Positions 44,418-50,381 of a stretch of DNA of 50,381 nt are shown in pieces. The DNA is taken from positions 1-50,381 of the forward strand of contig CAZYZS010000009.1 of assembly GCA_964651965.1 (NCBI GenBank). The letters run 5' to 3'. Position 1 is the stretch's first letter. Each line of letters opens with the position of its first letter. This DNA is from Candidatus Woesearchaeota archaeon. GTDB taxonomy: Archaea > Nanobdellota > Nanobdellia > Pacearchaeales > GW2011-AR1. The position numbers and the translations under genes were made by a program. The notes under the pieces were generated by a model, which ran no database searches, was not told the DNA's origin, and saw only the letters and a list, made by a program, of their open reading frames with translations.

Positions 44418-44825
44418 ATGGCGCTTGAATCTGAAGATTACTCAACTTGTAAAAGAGCATTAAGGGAAGTTGGTGTAGATGCCGGAGTAATTGATGAATT
44501 AACAGGAGAGACCAGATTATTGGAGCTAAGAATGAAACCACCACAAGCAGCAAGGTTTTTAATGGGAGTTATTCCCTTAGCAGACTATGTTAGAGGCAAT
44601 ACTACTCCCTTTTTTGGGCAGGATTTTGAATATGCAAAATTAAGTGAGCAAGGTGTTCAAAGAATAAGGGCGGCTGCAGAGAAAAGCGGGAGAAGAGAAA
44701 GGGGAGAAGAATTAATAACAATTGGAACAGAGAAAAATGTCGGAGTACTTTATACTGATTTAACATTTCAAGATGTATTTGATATTTGCAGTTATGAAGC
44801 ACAACGGAGGGCTGCTGCAGCTTAA
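44418..44825 (+). CDS. 135-aa protein of unknown function embedded between rrp42 and rpoK
   Basis: AAGGAG lies 8 nt upstream of the ATG, and the stop is 1 nt before the rpoK ATG. No motif recognised, and there is no Zn ribbon. It ends ...EAQRRAAAA. Confidence 0.5.
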   Translation: MALESEDYSTCKRALREVGVDAGVIDELTGETRLLELRMKPPQAARFLMGVIPLADYVRGNTTPFFGQDFEYAKLSEQGVQRIRAAAEKSGRRERGEELITIGTEKNVGVLYTDLTFQDVFDICSYEAQRRAAAA

Positions 44826-44826
44826 G

Positions 44827-45270
44827 ATGACATTAGCACAAATGGAAGAAAAATTTAGCAAGTATGAAATAGCAAGAATACTTGGGGCAAGAGCTCTCCA
44901 ATTAGCAATGGACGCGCCTGTATTGCTTAAAATAGACCCCGCAAAGCTGGAAGAGATTAATTATGATGTTCTTAAGATAGCTGAGATGGAATTTGAATCT
45001 GAAGTTCTTCCGATAACAGTCAAGAGGCCATTCCCGGAAAAAGCTGATGAAAGGATAAAGAAAATCAGCAAGAAAGAGCTTGAAGAGATGAAAAAGAAGG
45101 GCGGGGAAGCAGAAATACAGGAAGTAAAGAGGGAAGAAGCAGAAGACAGAAAGATAGCAGAAAAGGAAGTTGAAGAAGAACAAGAGATCAGGGAAGAGGG
45201 AGAGATAATGGCATTGGCAAGGCCAGAAGATGAAGAAGAAAAAGAAGAAGCAATTGAAGAGGGAGTTTAA
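44827..45270 (+). CDS. rpoK: RNA polymerase subunit K (Rpo6/omega-like) with acidic C-terminal extension
   Basis: SKYEIARILGARALQLAMDAPVLL is the Rpo6 core. The track start at 44773 overlaps the upstream gene; ATG 44827 is preferred. The C-terminal ~70 aa are Glu/Lys-rich. Confidence 0.8.
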   Translation: MTLAQMEEKFSKYEIARILGARALQLAMDAPVLLKIDPAKLEEINYDVLKIAEMEFESEVLPITVKRPFPEKADERIKKISKKELEEMKKKGGEAEIQEVKREEAEDRKIAEKEVEEEQEIREEGEIMALARPEDEEEKEEAIEEGV

Positions 45271-45322
45271 TTCTAATTGTAGCTTAATAAAACTATAAAA
45301 ACCCTTTTTTACTCTATAATTT

Positions 45323-46486
45323 ATGTTATTTAAAAAAATAGAGGCAAAACAGATTTTAGATTCAAGAAAAGAAGAGACTATTGAGATAGCCATTGAAACA
45401 GCTAAAGGAAAATTTGTTTCTTCTGCCCCTGCTGGAAAGAGCACAGGAAGATTTGAAGCAAGACCTTATGCAAAAAGCTTACAGCAAGATGTTATTTTTA
45501 TTAATAAAATAAAGGATAAGGAATGGCATAAAATAAAGCTCGAGGAATTTAATGGCCTTATAGAATTAGAAGGCATGGTTTTTGGAAAAATAGGGGCTAA
45601 CAGCTTATTTGCACTTGAGGCATGTATGTTAAAAGCGCTTGCAGCTGAGCAAAAACAGGAGTTGTGGGAATATTTATGCAGAGGAAAGCCGGGATTTCCT
45701 TGCCCTGTTGGAAATTCTATTGGAGGCGGATTACATACTGAAATAAAAGGCAAAAGAGCAGATTTTCAGGAGTTTCTTTTCACCAACAAAGCCAAAAAGT
45801 TTTATGACCGAGTTTTTATCAACAAAAAAGCTTATGAGGCGGCTGGAAAAATTTTAAATTCCAAGGAACTAAACGATGAAGGGGCGTGGAAGACTCATTT
45901 GGAAGATGAAAAAATATTGGATGTCATGAATGAGGTAAAAGAAGAGGTAGAAAATAAAATTGATGAGAAAATTGAGATAGGGGTTGATATAGCTGCTTCT
46001 ACATTTTTCACAGGAAAAGAGTACTTTCATAAAAACAAGCCAATGAGGCTGAATAAAAGACAGCAGATAGATTATATCCTCAGATTAGTAGAAGAGAAAG
46101 GAATATTTTATCTGGAAGACCCTCTTGAAGAAGAAGATTTTTTAGGATTTAAAGAAATAACTAAAAATGCAAGATGCATGGTTGTTGGAGATGATTTAAC
46201 TGTAACAAATTTAACCAGACTGAAAAAAGCAACACAAAATAAAAGCATAAATGCAATGATTGTAAAGCCCAACCAAAACGGCTCTTTATTGAAAGTCAAG
46301 GAAATAATTGATTTCTGCAGAAAAAATGAGATTAAGACAGTTATTTCCCACAGAAGTGGGGAAACCATGGATGCTACAATAGCAGATTTGGCTGCTGCAT
46401 GGAAAGCAGATTACATAAAAACAGGAGTTTTTGGAAAAGAACGAGAAGCCAAATTAAAGAGATTAATTGAGATTGAAAAAAGTTAA
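45323..46486 (+). CDS. eno: Enolase (compact form)
   Basis: ILDSRKEETIEIAI, GKSTG..EA, GVDIAAS, YLEDPLEEEDF, VVGDDLTVTN, IVKPNQNGSL, SHRSGETMDATIADLAAA and YIKTG all map to enolase catalytic and metal-binding motifs. 387 aa. Confidence 0.85.
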   Translation: MLFKKIEAKQILDSRKEETIEIAIETAKGKFVSSAPAGKSTGRFEARPYAKSLQQDVIFINKIKDKEWHKIKLEEFNGLIELEGMVFGKIGANSLFALEACMLKALAAEQKQELWEYLCRGKPGFPCPVGNSIGGGLHTEIKGKRADFQEFLFTNKAKKFYDRVFINKKAYEAAGKILNSKELNDEGAWKTHLEDEKILDVMNEVKEEVENKIDEKIEIGVDIAASTFFTGKEYFHKNKPMRLNKRQQIDYILRLVEEKGIFYLEDPLEEEDFLGFKEITKNARCMVVGDDLTVTNLTRLKKATQNKSINAMIVKPNQNGSLLKVKEIIDFCRKNEIKTVISHRSGETMDATIADLAAAWKADYIKTGVFGKEREAKLKRLIEIEKS

Positions 46487-46594
46487 ACAAAAACCTTTAA
46501 AAACCATCATATATTCATAAAATGACTTATTCAGGTACTGGCTGAAACAAACCCAGAGCAACCCCTGAGCTACTTATAAACCAATTTAATAAAA

Positions 46595-47662
46595 ATGCCA
46601 AGAAAGAAAAAAACTGAAGCAACAGAAGAAACTGCAGAGAAAAAGGAAGGGGATAAAGTGGAAACTAAAGAAGAAGCTAAGCCTAAAAGAACAAGGAAGA
46701 AAAAAGAAACTGCAGAAAAGACAGAAGAAGAAAAGGCTGAAGATGAGAAAAAGGCAAAATTGAAAAAGGCCCTGGAAGAGAAGGCAAAAGAATTGGAGGC
46801 AAAGATAGACAAAAAGCCAGAAGAAAAAGATATGAAGGAAGAGGTGGCTGAAAGCGAGAAAAAAAGGAGAAGAAGCCAAAAAACTCTTTTTCCACTTGAT
46901 GATTATGTAAAATATTCTGCTCACTTAGGAACAAAGGCGATAACTCCCCATATGAGGCAGTTTGTTTATAAAAGGAGAGCTGACGGGCTTGCTGTCTTAA
47001 ATACAAACTCAATAGACGAAAAGCTGAAAGAGGCTGTTGAGTTCTTAAAAGATTTCAAGCCAGAAGACGTTTTCTTGGCCTGCAAGAGAGAAGCAGGATG
47101 GAAAGCAGCAAAGAAATTTTCTGAAGTTACTGGAATTAAAGTTTTTACAAAAAAGTATCCTGCTGGCGCAATCACGAATACACAGCTAGATGATTTTTTT
47201 GAAGTTGAGTTGATAATAATCTGCGACCCTTGGCTAGATAAAAACGCTTTAAACGATGCTACAAAAGTAAAGAGGCCTATAATAGGGCTTTGTGATACAA
47301 ATAATCTTACAACAGGAATAACAAAAGTTGTACCTTGCAACAATAAATCTTCCAAATCAATAGGATTAATTCTCTATCTTTTGGCTAGAGAGTATCTTAT
47401 ATCAAGAAAACAAGAGAAAGAGGCTGAAAAACTCAAGCTAGAAGACTTTACGGGAGTGGAAGAAAGTGAGCTAGAAGAGAAGGAAGAAAGAAGAGAAAAA
47501 ATGGAAGAGAAGAAAGCAGCTGAAAAAAGCAGATTTGCAAAAATTAGTGTTGAGGAAAAAACTGAGGAAACAGAAGAGAAAGCAGAAGAAGTCAAGGAAA
47601 AGAAAGAAGAAGTCAAGGAAAAGAAAGAAGAAGTTGAGAAGGGCGCAAAAGAAGGCGTTTAA
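46595..47662 (+). CDS. rps2: Ribosomal protein uS2 with Lys/Glu-rich N- and C-terminal extensions
   Basis: The core LFPLDDYVKYSAHLGTKAITPHMRQFVYKRRADGLAVLN...IIICDP...PIIGLCDTN is uS2. It is flanked by ~95 aa (N-terminal) and ~90 aa (C-terminal) of K/E-rich sequence. Confidence 0.85.
   Translation: MPRKKKTEATEETAEKKEGDKVETKEEAKPKRTRKKKETAEKTEEEKAEDEKKAKLKKALEEKAKELEAKIDKKPEEKDMKEEVAESEKKRRRSQKTLFPLDDYVKYSAHLGTKAITPHMRQFVYKRRADGLAVLNTNSIDEKLKEAVEFLKDFKPEDVFLACKREAGWKAAKKFSEVTGIKVFTKKYPAGAITNTQLDDFFEVELIIICDPWLDKNALNDATKVKRPIIGLCDTNNLTTGITKVVPCNNKSSKSIGLILYLLAREYLISRKQEKEAEKLKLEDFTGVEESELEEKEERREKMEEKKAAEKSRFAKISVEEKTEETEEKAEEVKEKKEEVKEKKEEVEKGAKEGV
47585..47634 (+). repeat. 21-bp in-frame tandem repeat (2.4 copies) in the uS2 tail
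   Basis: gaagaagtcaaggaaaagaaa occurs twice plus a partial copy, encoding EEVKEKK EEVKEKK EEV. Confidence 0.85.
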
Positions 47663-47701
47663 GTTCAAAAAAGATTTAAAGCAGAGTTCTTTAGAGAGAT
47701 T

Positions 47702-48145
47702 ATGAAAGCATTAGTTTATACATTCAGAACATTCCCTTATCAAGAGAAGCTTAAAGAGACATTCGGCGAGATTTTCGTTTTTGGAAAGTTAAAAGAAGAT
47801 TTGGATAAATTTTATGAAAAAATTTTCTTCCAAAAATCCAGAGTGATTATCGGAATTGCCCTCTCTAAATCTGGAAACTTTTTTGAAGAAAAAACTATAA
47901 ATAAATTCAATGGTGATAAAACGATTACCAAAGAGGGAAAAGAAGAACTACCTCTGCATATTCCCCAAATAAATCAGTCAACATTCAAAATAAATCGCAA
48001 GACCTCTGATTCCTTTTGTAATTATACAACTTATAATATCGCTAACTTTTTATTAAAAAATAATATTGATGCTCCATTAATATTTGCTCACCTTAACAAA
48101 AATGGAATAGGAGAACTTAAAGAAATTAACTTCAAACAGCCTTGA
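47702..48145 (+). CDS. Reduced pyroglutamyl-peptidase (C15)-like protein
   Basis: Remote pattern match to Pcp: MKALVYTFRTFPY (compare MK.LVTGFEPFGG), a candidate Glu in FFEEKTINKF, a candidate Cys in SFCNY (compare LCNY) and a candidate His in IFAHLN. Only 147 aa. Confidence 0.35.
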   Translation: MKALVYTFRTFPYQEKLKETFGEIFVFGKLKEDLDKFYEKIFFQKSRVIIGIALSKSGNFFEEKTINKFNGDKTITKEGKEELPLHIPQINQSTFKINRKTSDSFCNYTTYNIANFLLKNNIDAPLIFAHLNKNGIGELKEINFKQP

Positions 48146-48155
48146 ACTTATAAAA

Positions 48156-48167
48156 ATATTTATAAAG
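48156..48167 (+). promoter_or_regulatory. TATA-like box for the 48188 gene
   Basis: ATATTTATAAAG is centred about 26 nt upstream of ATG 48188. Confidence 0.35.
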
Positions 48168-48187
48168 TATATTCTACATTGTATATT

Positions 48188-49309
48188 ATGAAAAAAGGAG
48201 TGATTGTGCTAAGCATAATCTTTTCACTATTGGTAGCAGGAAGTTTTGCACTGGCAGACTATTGTTCAAAAGACTCTGACTGTGGGACAGATATTACTAA
48301 AGATAACTCCTGCGTAAATTCAACTGCCCCTGTAACAGGATGTGGAGCAATAGTTGGTGGGTGTAACATTTCTTATTCTTCTAATCCTGCGGATTACTGC
48401 AAATGCGAGGGTAATAAATGTGTAGGACACAAAAATGATTCAACTGCACCTGGTTGTGAAAATCTTTACTGGATAGACAATGATAATAGAGAATGCGGGC
48501 AAAAAGAATTTTGCGGAACATATATGTATTTAGGATTATTTACATTTGAGAATGAAACAGCATGCCAACAGTATGTTTTAGCAAGCAGCGGAGGCAATAT
48601 TAATAATTCAGATTGTAAAAACTTATATTGGTTTGATAATGAAAATAAATCCTGCGGGCAGAAGCAATTCTGCGGAGCATACATGTATTATGGGTTGAGG
48701 ACTTTTAAAAACAAAACTGCTTGTGAAAATGCTTTGGGAATAAATAAAAGCTGTGCAAAAGCAGGAGAACCAATTAATCCCCAAAACTTACGAGGAAAAA
48801 CAGATTATGCTGATGAATGTTGCGAAGGACTAACAGTAGCTAATGGATATTCTCTTAATAAGAGCGGAGGATGTGAAATATTAACAGGAAATCCTTATGG
48901 GTGGTGTATTCCTTGTGGTAATGGTATTTGTGATAGATTTGAGTCAATTAAAGAAGATGCTTGTAATTGCCCACAAGATTGTGGAAATTGCCCGGAAAAT
49001 ACAACTAATGAAGACAATAAATGTATGTTTTTATTGTCAAATGGAAGAAAAGCGGAAGTAAAAATTATGCCAGAAACAGCGTCGCAAACTGCAATTGCAA
49101 AACTTGGTGACCTGGGATTTAATGTTGAATTGAAAGAGATTGGAAAAGGGGATAATGCTAAACCCACTTATGAATTAACTGGAAAGAAACAAGGAAAATT
49201 TTTAGGAATATTCAAGATAATGGCTTCTGAAAAAGTGCAAGTTGATGCCGAGACTGGGGATACAAAAGTCATTAAGCCTTGGTGGAGTTTTTTGGCTAGT
49301 GGAATATAA
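48188..49309 (+). CDS. Secreted Cys-rich protein with duplicated ~53-aa module and C-terminal PepSY-like domain
   Basis: Signal peptide MKKGVIVLSIIFSLLVAGSFALA; the track start at 48179 is TTG. The C-terminal KIMPETASQTAIAKLG...YELTGKK.GKFLGIFKI...VQVDAETGDTKVI resembles PepSY. Confidence 0.6.
   Translation: MKKGVIVLSIIFSLLVAGSFALADYCSKDSDCGTDITKDNSCVNSTAPVTGCGAIVGGCNISYSSNPADYCKCEGNKCVGHKNDSTAPGCENLYWIDNDNRECGQKEFCGTYMYLGLFTFENETACQQYVLASSGGNINNSDCKNLYWFDNENKSCGQKQFCGAYMYYGLRTFKNKTACENALGINKSCAKAGEPINPQNLRGKTDYADECCEGLTVANGYSLNKSGGCEILTGNPYGWCIPCGNGICDRFESIKEDACNCPQDCGNCPENTTNEDNKCMFLLSNGRKAEVKIMPETASQTAIAKLGDLGFNVELKEIGKGDNAKPTYELTGKKQGKFLGIFKIMASEKVQVDAETGDTKVIKPWWSFLASGI
48455..48740 (+). 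repeat. Intragenic tandem duplication of a Cys-rich module
   Basis: CENLYWIDNDNRECGQKEFCGTYMYLGLFTFENETACQQ versus CKNLYWFDNENKSCGQKQFCGAYMYYGLRTFKNKTACEN. The first Cys codons lie at 48455 and 48614, 159 nt apart. Confidence 0.7.
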
Positions 49310-49310
49310 G

Positions 49311-50126
49311 ATGAAAAAAAGAGTGTTAATAATTGTTGGAATTGTAACAATTCTGCTAATAATAGGAATTGCTGGAGGCTATTTTTATTATAAATATTTT
49401 TATCCGTATTCTGGCAATGCTCCCGCAATTTCTGAAAGAGACTTATTTTGCGGGGCATACTATGGAGACTATAATCAGAAAAAACCAGGAACTCCTGATA
49501 ATTGGAGATGGAGTTATGCAGGAAGGAGTTCTGGATGGTATAATCCAAATAATCCGAATAGGAATCCAATGTGTGAGTATGAGTCTGTTCAGGAATGCTG
49601 CGAGGAATGCATAAAAGGAGTGAGCCAAGCCCCTTCAGGAGATTTTAGAGAACAAAGTTGTACGGGAGTATATGCAGGCGAATATGGTTATGGTATTCCA
49701 AAAGAGTGTAAGAGTATTCTTGCAAATTTAACTTTTGGAGAATGTGCAAAAGTTCTTGGAATGACTGAATGCGTAATTCCTCAGTCAATTGAAGGACCAC
49801 AAAAGTGTTGCGATAATTTAAATCTCCCACATGTCGAATGTGAAGGAAGATGGGAAATAAAGGATAATCAATGTTATTGGAAATGTGGAACAAATAAATT
49901 GGACACAAAAGAAAAAGCTAGAGAATTTATTTTAAACTTAATAAATAAGAATGAAAACTTCTCTTATTTTGGAAATTGCGAATTTCAAATAATCGAAAGA
50001 AACGAAAGTAAAGTGGGCTGGGCAGAAGGTTATAGATGGAATGCGTTATCAAACTGCTCATGTTCTGTTGTTTTTAGCGAGAATGGGACGTTATTACGTG
50101 ATTACCCTGATTGTGCAGTACATTAA
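49311..50126 (+). CDS. N-terminally anchored Cys-rich extracellular protein
   Basis: ATG 49311 lies 1 nt after the previous stop; the track start at 49242 overlaps that gene. MKKRVLIIVGIVTILLIIGIAGGYFYY is the TM anchor, followed by many Cys residues. Confidence 0.55.
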   Translation: MKKRVLIIVGIVTILLIIGIAGGYFYYKYFYPYSGNAPAISERDLFCGAYYGDYNQKKPGTPDNWRWSYAGRSSGWYNPNNPNRNPMCEYESVQECCEECIKGVSQAPSGDFREQSCTGVYAGEYGYGIPKECKSILANLTFGECAKVLGMTECVIPQSIEGPQKCCDNLNLPHVECEGRWEIKDNQCYWKCGTNKLDTKEKAREFILNLINKNENFSYFGNCEFQIIERNESKVGWAEGYRWNALSNCSCSVVFSENGTLLRDYPDCAVH

Positions 50127-50381
50127 CCTTATTTCTTACTTTTCTCCTCGAAAAATATATCGGTGAAACTCTCTCGCTCACCAACTATTCACCCCCCTGC
50201 CTTTTTCTCTTAAATTAATCCCCTTTAAATTGGACTCGCTCGCCGAAACCTTTATAAAGCTCATTGGATGTAGCTTCTTGTTAAAATGTTAGCTAGAATG
50301 AGTGCCTTAATAGCGGAATATTTTGAAGTTAAGGTATGATGTACAGGCAATGTTCTAGTGATTTTTCTCGTTAAAAATCTT

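Noticed and set aside
43849-44553. 234-aa minus-strand ORF antisense to rrp42 and the 44418 gene
   Set aside because: It lies entirely antisense to a clearly recognisable RNase PH-like gene. Its low-complexity Ser/Leu/Phe-rich translation is typical of the reverse frame of purine-rich coding sequence. It has no start context.
44902-45444. 180-aa minus-strand ORF across the rpoK tail and the enolase start
   Set aside because: It is antisense to the Glu/Lys-rich (polypurine) rpoK tail and translates to Phe/Leu/Cys-rich low complexity. It is a frame artefact.
46832-47662. Internal ATG 46832 as the true uS2 start, with the upstream part non-coding
   Set aside because: I see no TATA or Shine-Dalgarno-like element in front of 46832. 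The frame stays open for 79 codons upstream to an ATG that follows an AT-rich box. The C-terminus carries the same kind of K/E tail. It remains possible and is flagged for experimental check.
46570-47668. Several minus-strand ORFs (46570..46812, 46586..46924, 46683..47012, 46966..47355, 47374..47616, 47471..47668) antisense to rps2
   Set aside because: All are reverse-frame readings of the polypurine K/E-rich uS2 gene. Their Phe/Ser/Leu-rich products have no independent signals.
50127-50381. Non-coding tail of the window with loosely repeated CTCGCTC(A/G)CC words; possible ncRNA or tRNA
   Set aside because: I could not fold a cloverleaf or find C/D-box motifs. The words repeat only twice and imperfectly. 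The region is truncated by the window edge.

Overview
AT-rich (about one-third G+C by eye), very gene-dense archaeal sequence. Archaeal markers: BRE/TATA-like boxes about 25 nt upstream of many start codons, class III (prepilin-type) signal peptides, the exosome/proteasome superoperon, aCPSF1, RpoK, archease/RtcB and a class I CCA-adding enzyme. Short genes, Lys/Glu-rich tails on core proteins and many Cys-rich surface proteins suggest a reduced DPANN-like archaeon; this is inference only, with no rRNA marker in the window. Layout: (1) 231-8434, a co-oriented type IV pilus-like locus with seven prepilin-like genes, one FlaI/PilB-type ATPase and a platform protein split into two genes. (2) 8444-14466, archease and an intein-containing rtcB, bracketed by two minus-strand membrane-anchored paralogues. 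(3) 14485-20296, three large secreted or anchored Cys-rich/PKD proteins, with a perfect 50-bp x2.5 tandem repeat duplicating the RBS and start codon of the middle gene. (4) 20329-21814, a small GTPase / DUF2073-like / Zn-ribbon triad. (5) 21816-27946, wHTH regulators, tandem small paralogues, cca, TrmB, signal peptidase I and a presenilin/SPP homologue. (6) 28012-36974 on the minus strand: aCPSF1, psmB, an mre11-rad50-C39-like peptidase operon, an Mtq2/HemK-like methylase and RNase J. (7) 37094-40384, a giant subtilisin-phosphodiesterase fusion. (8) 40314-47662, Pop5-psmA-SBDS-rrp4-rrp41-rrp42-unknown-rpoK, then enolase and uS2. (9) 47702-50126, a reduced C15-like protein and two Cys-rich envelope proteins. 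I found no tRNA, rRNA, CRISPR array or transposase. All family assignments come from motif recognition by eye and need HMM or structure confirmation. Most of the window is housekeeping. The candidates for something new are the mre11-rad50-peptidase operon, the 50-bp repeat with chained uORFs, the split-platform pilus locus, the orphan gene inside the exosome-rpoK operon, the protease-phosphodiesterase fusion and the GTPase triad.
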